Origin: Felis catus
Taxonomy: Eukaryota
DNA length: 64,000 nucleotides
Reading direction: 5' to 3'
Assembly: GCF_018350175.1 (NCBI RefSeq)
Contig: NC_058368.1
Location: forward strand, 232,812,001 to 232,876,000
Shown: positions 1 through 11,773 of the stretch, one piece after another
How the letters are laid out: the number at the start of each line of letters is the position of its first letter
Numbering within the stretch: position 1 is the first letter of the stretch
Position numbers and translations under genes: made by a program
Notes under the pieces: generated by a model
Databases searched by the model: none
Seen by the model: the letters and a program-made list of their open reading frames with translations, nothing else
Told to the model about the DNA's origin: nothing

Positions 1-372
1 TCCAAACTCAGTGACTGGTTGCATTTGGGATGCTGAATTCACAACAGATACCTACGTGATATCAGGCTGTCCGCCTGAAATGTTTAGGTCCCAACGGTGC
101 TAAATCCCCTCATCCACTTTCACATAGCACACATTATGGGAAGCTATCTACTATGTTTGAGATTTATTTTAAGAGAATAGACACCAATCCTTTATCTGGG
201 TCTTTATTTCTGTGAATTTAAGTCAGCTGCTTAAAGAAAAACCTACATGATTACTTAGGTGTATTTAAAAAATATACAGTAATCTTATTTCCATGAATGG
301 TATTAACGTCATATTTTGTGAATGTTGTGCACTTTAGTGGCATGGGTTCCAGTGACTGCAAAAGACGTGTAT

Positions 373-374
<2 letters not shown>

Positions 375-414
<40 letters not shown>
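375..414. repeat. (CA)n microsatellite
   Basis: About 20 perfect CA units. Confidence 0.97.
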
Positions 415-418
<4 letters not shown>

Positions 419-546
419 GCTTGTTGTCTATCCAATACTACACACAGTTATGTCTGTCAAGGTCAGAGTATGCAATGTCTTTCCTTTATTTCATGATCTC
501 TGGAGAGCTTGTTGTAAATACTTCGGTTAAGAGGCTGGTAGATGTA

Positions 547-755
547 GGGGCGCCTGGGGGGCTCAGTCGGTTAAGAGTCTGGCTTTCGATTCGGGCGCAG
601 GTCACGATCTCACAGTTCATGAGATCGAGCCCCATGTTGGGCTCTGCGCTGAAAGCAGATTCTGTGTCTCCCTCTCTCTCTGCCCCTCCCGTGAGCTCTC
701 TCTCTCTCTCTCTCTCTTTCTCAAAAATAAAGAAAGAAACATTTTTTTTTTAAAT
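547..755 (+). mobile_element. CanSINE (SINEC_Fc-type), internal deletion
   Basis: ggggcgcctgg..gctcagtcggttaag head, (CT)n body, A/T tail; TSD gctggtagatgta at 534-546 and 756-768. Confidence 0.95.
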
Positions 756-1446
756 GCTGGTAGATGTAAATGATCGGCATCGTTAAAGGGGTTTCCATGG
801 AGGAATAATTTTTGGTCTCTCCTTCTATTCTGCGGTTGGATACGTTGACCGAGATGCCTTCTCCAAGCCCATGTCTCCCCTCACGTTGGGCAGGGAGTTC
901 CATGCTTCGCAGGCCCTGGATTTCCTGGGACGCGCTCCTACTGTTTCCTGAAACCTGGATGCCTTATCTCCTTTCCGCGCCGTGTGGTACAATTTCCAGC
1001 GGCTCAGTAGGAAGACACTTCCAGCCACCCATCTTATTTTTCTACCATGCCTGTTCTTTAGCGCCTAGAAGCATATGTTCACGGTTCTAAAGAACAAAAA
1101 ATCTAGAGAGGTTGGAATGTTACATATTTACCACTGAGAAGTTACATACAGAAGGGCACCACACGGCTCCTTTGTATAAGGAATACTAACTGTACGTCAC
1201 AGAACGGAAGACACTAGAAACTACAACGGGTTAAACTTTAAATGTGAATTAATAATAGATTTCAGTACTCTTTTTTGCTATATCTGTTTCATCCTTTAAA
1301 CCCTTGTATACATATTGCTTTGAAGTGTGTAGTTTAATGTTGTGTCGAGGGTTCCTATCACCTGTTCCTGTCCCTCTCTTTTTTCTTCTTCATTAGATCT
1401 CAGGGAAGGAAGCTGAGCAATGTTTCTAATGAAATTTGCAGCTACT

Positions 1447-1850
1447 GTCATATCAGTTAAAATGCTTTGGGCTGTAGGGGACTCGAAGCTGCTTAAGCAG
1501 TAAGAACATGATGCTTACCTCACGTATCTGGACGTTTACAACACTACTTATCTTACTGGCTCGAGAGGACAGAACCCCACGTCCTTCCCACTTCCCACTC
1601 TGCTGTCCTCAGCGTGGTCCTCGGGCTGGCTGCCCGGGTGGATGCGATCTCAGGGATCACATCTGTAGAATCAGGAAGAACGCTGAGTTCTGCGGGTCTC
1701 TTTTTTTTCACGAACGAAACTTCCCCAGCACCCCCGCCCGGCAGACCAAGCTGTGTATCTCCTTGGCCAGAAGCATCACAAGCCCATCTGTAAAAGAGTC
1801 ACTGGCAAAGCAGGGGGGTCCTCATAATTACTTAAACCTGAATTTACCCC
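1447..1850 (-). mobile_element. Old MaLR LTR remnant (MLT1J/K-like)
   Basis: Resembles recalled MLT1 motifs (tcagttaaaatgctttgggctg; tctccttggccagaa; cactggcaaag); degenerate. Confidence 0.45.
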
Positions 1851-2539
1851 AAAGCCATGTGATGGGGAGGGGGGGGATAGATGTCTGAGAAATCGGGGAT
1901 CGCTCTGCCGCACCGGAAAGACGGGAGAGGCATTTTGGATCGCCTATGTTGGTCTCATCCTTCTAGGCTCTGCTATATAAGGACTTGCTACCTACATGGG
2001 GGAGAGGGGGGTAGTTCAGGAAGTTGGGGCGGGGATTCGACTCCCCTCATCCGTCCTCAGTCCTCAGCCTCTTTGATTTTCAGCAGGCCTCTTGCCTCAT
2101 ATTTCCGTAGAGACGGTTGCGGTCTCCCGGGTTCCCTCCAGCCGATACAAACACCTGCCTTCATCTGCGGCCTGGGTGTTTCTCCTCCCAGGGCAGATGA
2201 ACGACGTCATCGGCCCACGGCTGACCTCTTCTCCCTTGTCTCCTACTCAAGCATCGTGTGTCGCTTTGCCCAGCTCTTCAGCTGCACCTGCTTCCTCTCT
2301 GATGGCTACTTCCCATCCATGCGCTGCAAACCACGCTCAGACCCCTTTTATCCTGAAGCAGCTCAGCCCACAGAGATAAACAAGCTGGGCGCAACTCACC
2401 CAGTTCTTGCTTTTGCGAGGCCAGTAAATAAAAACGCATTCTCTTCTTCACGCATTTTCAGCCAGTTCCGACCACAATTTGGTCCGATCTCAACCAAGAC
2501 ATGGAAGTCTGACAGATGAAGGGAAAAAGTTTGGGTCGC

Positions 2540-2745
2540 GGGCACCCGGCGGGGGGGCTCAGTCGGTTGAGAGTCCGACTTCGGCTCGGGTCATGATCTC
2601 CCAGTTTGTGAGTTCAGGTCCCGCGTGGGATTTTGTGCTGACAGCTCAGAACCTGGAGCCTGCTTCCGATTCTGTGTCTCCCTCTCTCTGTCCTTCCTCC
2701 ATTTGCACCCTCTCTCCTTCTCTCAAAAAAAAAAAAAAATTAGAT
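2540..2745 (+). mobile_element. CanSINE
   Basis: gctcagtcggttgagagtccgacttcggctcgggtcatgatctc...gagcctgcttccgattctgtgtctccc, poly-A. Confidence 0.95.
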
Positions 2746-2865
2746 AAAAACGTTTTGCTCGCTGTGGAGCTGGCTTGGAGAAAGATGGTTCCTGGGGTGG
2801 ATGAGAAACGGTAGGTTATTTTCATGCTCCCACTTGGTGACAGAATATATATTTTCTCTCTTCTA

Positions 2866-3073
2866 AATTTTTTTAATGTTTATTCATTTTTGAGAGACAG
2901 AGTGTGAGCAGGGAAGGGGCAGAGAGAGAGAGAGAAAGACACAGAATCCGAAGCAGGCTCCAGGCTCTGAGCTGTTAGCACAGAGCCAGACGCGGGGCCC
3001 GAACCCACAAACTGTGAGATCATGACCTGAGCCGAAGTCGGATGCTTAACTGGCTGAGCCCCCCAGGCGCCCC
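2866..3073 (-). mobile_element. CanSINE
   Basis: Reverse-complement SINE ending ...caggcgcccc; TSD attttctctcttcta at 2851-2865 and 3076-3090. Confidence 0.96.
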
Positions 3074-3676
3074 ACATTTTCTCTCTTCTACAAAACCCTC
3101 AGGAGAGGGGAATGAGTACTCCCCCTTCACTTGTCTTCTGTTCGCAGCCAAGCTTCTTGAGCGCGATTAATCTTAATTGACGATCTTTCGCAACTTCTGA
3201 ACATCCCAGTTGCTGTCCATTTTGCTCATTCGGCTTCTGACCACCATCCCTCAAGTGAAGCAATCCCTAACCCTCTACCAGTGATGTCCAATCGCTACAC
3301 CCAGGGAATGATTTTTCAGCCCCTTGGTGTAATTGGCTGCTTGGAAGGATTTGACATCGTTGACTGCTCTTTTCGCCTCTTCGTTTATGCCCCTGGCTTG
3401 GCCTCCGCTCCTAGCCTTCATCTCCCAGGTGTAGCTCTGGGTCTACATGTTTACTTCCAACTAAATTAATTCAGTTCCTAGTGGCACCTCAAGCTCAGTA
3501 GGTTCAATCCGCGCACCTCCCTCTGCGTGTTCTTATCTAAAACAGAGGCTCCGAGACTCTCCCATTCGTCAGAACCAGAACTGGAGGCAGCTTCTCACAT
3601 CACTCCTGCTCAGGAGTGACTCGCCATAATCATTCCACAACCACCTGCTGGCAAGCATGCCTTTAACATGCCTCTC

Positions 3677-3679
<3 letters not shown>

Positions 3680-3717
<38 letters not shown>
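3680..3717. repeat. (TG)n microsatellite
   Basis: Perfect TG run. Confidence 0.97.
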
Positions 3718-3722
<5 letters not shown>

Positions 3723-3844
3723 CATTCTCACTACTGGTGTCTTTGCCCAGGCTTTCCTCCATCTGTTGCCTGAATCTATGCCCTAGCTTCCCTCTAACCC
3801 ACCCTCTGCAAAGTGGCCAGGATGAGCTTTCAAAAAGTTAAACC

Positions 3845-3971
3845 CTTTTGGAAATGGATAGTGGAGATGCTTGTGCAATGCTGTGGATGTAGTTAATGCT
3901 GCTGCATTTTACAATTAAACATAGTTAAGTGGAAAATTGTATGTTCTTATTTTTTTGCTACAATAAAAAAA
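3845..3971 (+). mobile_element. Old L1M 3' terminal fragment inserted into an L2-like remnant
   Basis: ggaaatggatagtggagatgcttgtgcaatgctgtggatgtagttaatgc...caataaaaaa resembles an L1MB/MC 3' end; the flanks read as contiguous L2-like sequence (gatgagctttcaaaa...ccagatcatgt). Confidence 0.7.
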
Positions 3972-4684
3972 CACTTTACAAAAAAAAATATCAGAAAGTA
4001 TTGAACAGCTACAAATGTTAAAGGCAAATCACGTTAATGGGATATTAAGGTCTCCTGACCTAACTTATAAAGAGCAAACACACAAACAACCAAATTAGGG
4101 TTCTGATTGCTGAAAAAAAATAAGAAAAAAAAATAAACCAGATCATGTTAGTGCCAGGCTTGAACACACTTTAATGCTTTTTCTGAGAGAAACATATGCC
4201 CACTCCCTTCCATGGCCCTTGGAGGCTCTGTGTGGCTTGTTCTGGGACCATATTTCCCTCCGCCCGGCCCCCCTCCCCATTTCTCACTCAACCAAGCAGC
4301 CCCCCATCTCCCTCTCATGACCCACATCGTCTCCTGTTGTCCAGGCTGTTGGCTCCACCTGAGACATCCTTCCCAGGGAGCTGCCCCCTCTGCCCCCTGA
4401 CACCTGCCCCAGGTTGTCCATGGAGAATCCTTCCCTGGTCACCCTGCCCAAGGAGCCTCCCGGGTTACTCCATCCCGTCAACCTTCCATTCTCCTCCTGG
4501 AGGAAATCCCTACTTGTGATCATGGCAATCATTACTTGTTTGGTGATCAATTGGCTGTCTCTCTTGCTGGAAATTAAGTTCTATGAGGAGTCTTTACTCT
4601 CTTGCTCAAGATTTCATCCAAAGTGCCTGTAGATATCTAGTAAACAGCCAGAGAATGAGCGAATAAATAAATATGTGGATAAGA

Positions 4685-4806
4685 TGAATGAATGAATGAA
4701 TGAATGAATGCAAGTGAATGAACGGGATCTCTATTGTAAGTATCTTCTTTCTCTCTGTGTACAACCACCTTGTTTGTTTGTTTGTTTGTTTGTTTGTTTG
4801 TTTGTT
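4685..4806. repeat. (GAAT)n L2-type tail and (GTTT)n microsatellites
   Basis: tgaatgaatgaa run at about 4685-4710; gttt run at about 4771-4806. Confidence 0.85.
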
Positions 4807-5980
4807 TTTAAGTGCAAATTTGATCATACTTCCCTTCTTAAAATCTTCCAAAAAACCTTTCCTTATCTGCACAGGAATGAGAAACTCAGCAATGTCCAGG
4901 AGCCAGTTCGGGAAGCCGAATGAGTGGAAGAGGCCAAGGAGTGGTGAGGACCGTGGCAAACCAGATGGCCAGGAAAGCACAGTCTTGGATGCTGTGTGGA
5001 GCCCGGGACCAGCCTTGCCTGATTATCCGGATTTCTCTAAACGGGTTGAGACCTTGATTTTCTGTGTGTGTGAACTCCTTCTGAAATATTGGAAAATATT
5101 TTTTCGAACATTTTGGGGCCGATCCTGTAGGGATGAAATCAAATGTTTCCGCAGGCTGAATTCAGTTGCAGGCTGCCAGTCTCCAACCTCTGGGGTTTGG
5201 GATAAAGTCTAAACTTTCTGCCCATGTCTTTGTTTTGCGGCCTTTTCCACTCTGCAGCTGTCCATAATCCCCCTCTGTCCTTGTAATCCTTCACAGCCTG
5301 CAAAATGCACATGGCATCCTTCGAGAAACCTTCCTAAATCTCTTCCGGGTGGCCTTTGCTTCTAAGGGATTCCAGTGTTCATGCTACCTCTCTATCCCTT
5401 GAATGTCATGGACCGACTCTATGTCAGGGATTGAGCTCTCTTGGGGCACGCAGCTTGGAGGAGAGAAAAGAGCCTGGAGTTTAGTCACTCAAACTCAGCC
5501 ACTTGGGTGAGCTGATTTCCTCCTGAGGCTCAGTGTCCTCCTGCTTTCTTTGGTGATAAAGACTCAAAGAATGGATATGCTGAGCCTGGCCCACACTAAG
5601 CACCCAGTAAATAAAAGATATTATTAACTGCCTGATGCCTGATGTAATTTCCAACATGTAGTGGGCATTACTAAGCATTTGTTGAATGGCTGAGACATGA
5701 CACTTAGAGTCTCCTTTCTATCTTGCCCCACTCTCTCGTCTGCGTGATCGGTTGCCTCGCTGGCGAACCAGCTATGGGGGCTGAGCTCTGTCGGCTCTCC
5801 TGGCCTGTCGTTACCTGCACCCAGCCCCCCCACAAAAGCACATTTCACACAATGCCCGTTACTGTTCACCCTTGTCTGGGCTTCAGCAGGATTCAGAGCC
5901 TCTGGGAGGCTATCACTCATCGTCATAACAGCTGTTCATAAATTGTGAGGAACAGAATCCTGATACTGGGCATTGTCCAG

Positions 5981-6375
5981 TGCCCGGGGCTAACTTTGTT
6001 CCCCTAAATTCATACGTGGAAGTCCCATTCCCAAGCACCTCAGGATGTGACTGTATTTGGAGACAGAGCATTTAAAGAGATAATTAAGGTACAGATGAAG
6101 TCATTAGCGTGAGCCCTAATCTAATATGGTGTCCTTAATAAGAGGAAGAAATTAGCACACAAATATACACAGAAGGGGGACTATGTGAAGACACAGGGAA
6201 ACTGTGGCCATCGAGAGGCCAGAGAGAGAGAGAGAGAGACCCCTCAGAAGAAACCAGCCATGCTCACACTTTGGTCTCAGGCTTCTAACCTCCAAAATTG
6301 TGAGCAAACAACTTTCTGTTGCTGAAGGCGCCCAGTCTATCTACTCTCTTAGGGTGGCCATGGTGTACTCATACA
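5981..6375 (+). mobile_element. MaLR solo LTR (MLT1B-like)
   Basis: aaattcatacgtggaagtcc..cctcaggatgtgactgtatttggagacag..gccctaatctaat..gtgaagacacaggg..aaccagccatgct..ttctgttg; TG...CA ends. Confidence 0.85.
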
Positions 6376-7054
6376 ACAAATTCATCCCGCCCTTTCAGGT
6401 TGTACAAAGAAAAGGGTCTCAAGCCCCAGAAGATCTAGATCGAGCCTATTAACTATGGGGGAAAATAAAGAAACAAAACCAAACCAAAACCTTCTTTTTA
6501 CGTACACTGCTTATGATTAAGTTATCCGGGGGCAATTTGTCAAACGATGAGGTGGCTCATAGTTCTTAGTTTGTCAGTTACTAACATTTAGTGAGTTTGC
6601 CTGTGCCAGAAACACACCTGGCATTTTTCCTGCCCCGTCATTCACTCTTCCATCATCCATTATCCATCCAATCACCCAGCCGTCCATCCAGGTCCATGCC
6701 ACTCCCTTCTCATTTCTTGGGATGATGCCATCCAACATCTTAAACCACAGTGTCGTGCTTTCTGACCAAGACTTGAAGTTTTCTTCAGTTGCAGGTGTGA
6801 AGTTCTTCAACTTTCTGTCTTAGCCTTATGATTCTTGTATCCGTTACATATAGTTTCATTTTCCCAACAAGAAACGAAGAGTCTTAGGTAAATTCAAGAT
6901 AACTGTATCTCCTCCTTTGTCAGAAAACAGTCTTGTTTACGTGTAATTATTCATATCATCCCTCTCATTCTCCGAAGCATCCTGGTTTGAACAACAAATT
7001 GTATGTTACCTTGAATACAGACACATTCAAATCGTTCTCAATTGGAAATATCAA

Positions 7055-7470
7055 TTCCCTAGTATCACACAATGCTGTATATCAGACGACCACAAGCTTC
7101 AGTGGTCTTTACCAACAATCAATCGTTACCACGGGTGTGCGGTGTTCATTGAGGCCGGAGGTGAGGCGGAACGCCTGTGGCCATCACAGGGGGCTGAATG
7201 GCGATGAACTTGGTTGGGGTGACAGGGGAGACTCTTCTCTGTTCCATGCAGTGGTGTGGGTACATCCTTTGATGAAGACGGAGACATTAGGGAGGAAGTA
7301 AAAATAGGCACCTTTTCAAGCCTTTACTCGTGTTGTCTGCTGACGTCCCGTTCGTCAGATCCAATTCCACAGCCAAACCCGGGGTATGAGGGCACGGAAG
7401 ACTGACAGGACAAAGGGTGTGGATATAGGGACAAAGGGAGACTTAGGCCATTAGTGTAATCGGTCCACCA
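7055..7470 (-). mobile_element. Old MaLR LTR remnant (MLT1I/J-like)
   Basis: ccacaagcttcagtggtcttt...ctgacgtcccgtt...cacagccaaaccc...agggtgtggatataggg...tccaccaca. Confidence 0.55.
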
Positions 7471-9322
7471 CCCAATCTACTGACAACATTGCTTACGTTC
7501 ACGGGCTCCTCTCTTCTTGCCCCAGAGCCTTAGAGGAAGGGGCCGCCCCTCACTCTACCTGAGGGCTGGTCTTGAATCCCTTCTTCTTGCTCCTTAGATC
7601 CCTTGTTTCTCCAGGAAAATGTACTGCTGGGGATGGCATTCTGAAGGACCCCCTCAACATACTGAGTCGAAAGAGTGGCAAAAAGGGCTCCCTGAGGCCA
7701 CAGTCTCGGAGAAGTTACAGTGCCAGCTAGGGGTGCAGAGACCGCGTCTTCGGGAGACGTTAGCCATCGCTTCAGTGTGGGGGACATTCCAGGCCCCCTG
7801 GTTCCTCCGGGCAGATGCCCCAGGTTGGCAGGGGTATGATTTCGCCCGGCCAGTGCGAGGCTCTGCAGGTCGCAGGAAGCCCTGAGTAGGGGTTTACTAA
7901 GCTCCTTGTAACCCCAGTCACATCGTTCTCAAACTCCAGCATGAGCGTATCTCATGGGTGCAGAAATCTCCCTTTTGGAAGCTGGTCCTTTGGATCTAGT
8001 TGAGCTTCATATCCCCTGTTGCATTGTAACACAAGTGTCCCCCTGTGGCCTGGGCCACTGGGAGACATCGCTACGCTGCACAGCACACGGGCATCGTTGC
8101 TCCCATTCGCGTTTGGGAGACCCGTCTGCCATCCTCACGGACCAGGGCGTGAGCGCATCAGGCCCAGCCAGCGCCCACCTTACTTCTTCACTTCTTTTTT
8201 CTTCTTCCTCTTCCCTGGGGGTCAGCCTGCTTTCTCGGCTCCAGCTCCTACAAGCCCTCCAACACGTAGCCGCGTTTTCCTTTGAGGAGCACCCCTCAGT
8301 CTCCTGAAGGCGACACACCCTCCCTGACTCCAGCTCCCTTACAAACGGTGTGGGTTTTCACTTTCGTCCCTTCCTTTTCCCCCTCTTGGCCCCTTCCTGC
8401 TCCTCCTTCACTGCCCTGTGGAGTGCTCGGTCTTTCTGAGGCCATCAGTTCTCCCTCACTTTTATCAGCTCCCTGAGTTGTGGTGCTTACTTCCACGGTC
8501 CAGGAGCTCTCGCTCCGTCCTCTGTCGACACCTGCAACAGGCAGGCCCCTCTTTCTGGTCTGGAGAACTCTGACGCCCTGCTCTTTGGCCCCCCACGTTC
8601 CCCCTGTCATTGTCCCCTCTCGCTCTCTATCTTGTTCACACAGCGCTGGCCACACTGGCCTCCTTAGTCTTTCTCTAAAATACCAGACGTTTGTCCTTGC
8701 TTTTCCGCCATATGAAATTCCAGTGGGCCAATTCCTTCAAATCTTTGCTCAAATATCAGTCTCTGGGTCTTATCATGACCCCCTTCTCTGACGTTCTAAC
8801 CCCTCCACTTAGAGCCCTGGCCCCTCTCGTCTTCCTCCATTTACTTCCATAGCTCTGGCCACCTTCTAACATACCACAAAAGAACGGCTTTTTACGATTA
8901 TTTGTATTGTTTGCCTCCCGCTATTAGAGTGTGAGTCCCACAAAGCAGGCAAATGCCTATGTTTTGTTCACTGATGTCTCCTAAGTGCTTAGAGATACTT
9001 CTTTTTTTTTTTAACGAATGAAGAAACAATAGCTTTACGGGCTCCTTTAGGTCCAGAGTGACATCTTATTCATTGAGTGCCCAGCATCGTACTCTGGACT
9101 CAGTCAACAGTTTGTGGATGTATAAGAGAGAAACAAATTATCTTGCAATTTGGCAGAAATATTAAAAATGTTAAACAAGAAGGGGGATACTCTCCACTAC
9201 TTATGACCAAGAAGAAGACAATAGGCCAATCTTATTTTAAACAAATGGGGGGGGGGCGGTAAAAATGGACAAATCTTACTTTCTCCATCGTTTGCACCCT
9301 GGTCCTCAACTCTCTTTATTGC

Positions 9323-9552
9323 TTTATTTATTTATTTTTGAGAGAGAGAAAGATCAAGTGAACAAGCAGGGGAGGGGCGGAGGGAGAGAGAGAGAGAAAG
9401 AGAGAGGGAGTGAGAAACACAGAGTCTGAAGCAGGCTCCAGGCTCTGAGCTGTCAGCACAGAGCCCGACATGGGGTTCGAACTCAACGAACGTGGAGATC
9501 ACGATCTGAGCCCAAATCCGATGCTTAACTGGCTGAGCCACCAAGGCAACCC
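9323..9552 (-). mobile_element. CanSINE
   Basis: tttatttttgagagag...gcaggctccaggctctgagctgtcagcacagagccc...ctgagccacc. Confidence 0.95.
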
Positions 9553-11563
9553 TCGGCTGCTTTTAATCATCTATTTGGGCAGTGGACTTATCTAGATAAA
9601 TCACTAAAGGAAACAGGAACACAAAGTTATGTGCGTCATGAGAAATCGGAGTCTCACGATTGGATTAGTTCATTTTGCCAAAACAGCTCCTAAAATTAAA
9701 TGTGCGTGCTAAGGGACATGCCTAAACTATCGTAATGCCCTTGCAATCTTAATCGGTGGGTAACCCTCTTTCCACGATTCTGTAAGGCAGGATTACTGAA
9801 AACAAGTAAACCCTGAACGAATAATACCCAAAATAGAGAGGCTGTAAAACTTTCCTCCAATAAATAGCCTCAGGAATGGCCCTTCCAAATTAGAATGTAA
9901 AGCTGGGCTCCTGAGCCCCCAGGGAGCTACCTGCCTGTCCGTGGATTGAAAAGTCAGCGGGAACTTAGAAAATCTGTCTCACAAATCTTCACTGCCTCAA
10001 CGTGGACTTCAGGTCGGCCTGCACTAAATGACCCTAATTTGTCTTCCTTTTGCAGAAAAACAATTATTATTCTGTCCGCAGTAACCACAATGAATTCCAC
10101 TGTTTCCTTCCTTCGTAGGGTCGTGACCTCATATTAAATGATCTTATATGAAATTCACTTACTTATTACTTATCTACAAGCCTCCTTAGTTCAACTCAGT
10201 CATTTTTATGAGCTATTATTTGTAATAAAGAAGACTCTTCAGCACACTTAATTGTTCTGGTTTGAAATGTTTTGACGATGTGAGCTAAGCATGAAATAGA
10301 CTATGGTTTAAAAATAACAATCATTAACTTTCTAGTAATTAAAGGTAATTTAGTTGGAGGAAGAAAGTCCGATCTGGGCTTAGCTCAAGAAGTCGTTTCC
10401 GATTATCATGAAGACAGGTGCTTGGGGAGCCTGGAGCCCCTCCCTGGGAGCAGGCACACCCCTGAGCCACCCAGACATGGCCAGGCTGGGGTGGCTTTTT
10501 GGAGCTCTGTCCTGGGCCCAGGGAGAGCCCTGTCGGCAGAGTCCACACAAATCAGTGCCCAAAGGTATGGACTGTCGGTCGTAGGCTCCTCCCGGACCGG
10601 TGACCTTTACTCATGCTGGGAATTTGTAAGTGGAAAAGGAAGGTGGAAAACAGGCAAAGCAAAGACAAGTGGGAACTGGGAATGAAGTTTGTTCGTGAAG
10701 GAAAGTCTCGGAATTCAACACCGAGATGAGGAAGGGACTAGGTAGGCGCAGGCTGGGCATGTATTTTATCATTGGAGAAATGCTTAAAAAGGGGTGTCTT
10801 TGTGAACAGTGGGCTCTCTTCAGAATGTGCAAGCACAAACCAAAGCCTGATTTATGGCGCCCGCCTAGCCTGCCAGCCTAGCACACCGTGTTGATCCCAC
10901 GTGCTGGAGGAAGTATTAGGACGTGTGAACCTCTCCTTCCTACCTTTCAGGCCCGATTTGGCTTCACAAGAAGCCACTGGGCAGATTTTCTACGTTGGGT
11001 AGGACGTGCAAGTCAATCATTTGATGTCACAGAGTCAGAGGTTATTTTAATGAAATAGCCTCCCTGCTTTCCTTTGATAACGTGCCAGGTATGAGAAGAC
11101 GCCATTCACAGCTCATCTGTAGCCCTCTGCACAATTCTCCAGGCAGATAGGCTTGTCCTCGTGGTGTAGAACTGAGGCTCGGGGGGATTAGACACTTCCC
11201 TGTTCTTCCCTCTTCACTTGCTCCTGGCCTCCCTTGGTTTGGTCTAAATATTTTAACAGACGCCAACATCGCGACCTTCCTTAGTCTCTCTCCCTGTTCT
11301 GAGGTTTTAAAAATACACCGGCTTAGTGTTACGAGGCTGACCCACAATAGATTTTGCCATTGTAAAGGGTTATGTAGAAATTGGAAAAGTTCAGTCTTTC
11401 TTTGATTACTGAAGGCTTGCCCAAAAGACGGATGACCTGGACCATTCAACCCAAAACAGAAGACTCTCGGCCAATTTAATGAAGTTCTTCAGGTGTATAT
11501 ACATGTGACAAGAGACACACAGGGATGGATGTCTTTGGTGCCTTAAAAATAGGGCAATAACTT

Positions 11564-11773
11564 GGGGTGCCTGGGTGGCTCAGTGGGTTAAGCTTCCGAC
11601 TTCAGTTCACGTCACGATTGCCCATTTTGTGAGTTCGAGCCCCACGTCGGGCTCTGTGCTGACAGCTCAGAGCCTGGAGCCTGCTTCGGATTCCGTGTCT
11701 CCCTCTCTCTCTGCCACTCCTCCACTCGCACTCCGTCTCTCTTTCTCAAAAATAAAATAAAAACATTAAAAAA
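11564..11773 (+). mobile_element. CanSINE
   Basis: ggggtgcctgggtggctcag...aaaataaaataaaaac; degenerate TSD agggcaata. Confidence 0.95.

Noticed and set aside
547..640. tRNA-like A/B box sequences at SINE heads as tRNA genes
   Set aside because: They are tRNA-derived CanSINE heads followed by (CT)n and poly-A, not cloverleaf tRNA genes.
721..1090. Overlapping ORFs on both strands that looked exon-like
   Set aside because: No recognisable protein and no paired splice sites.
1881..2519. 212-aa ORF
   Set aside because: No recognisable homology or domain, no convincing splice context, and overlapping ORFs in other frames; typical of chance ORFs in GC-richer DNA.
7954..8791. Cluster of 60-120 aa ORFs including an EEEEEKR stretch
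   Set aside because: Low-complexity purine/pyrimidine tract plus L2-like remnants; no homology recognised.
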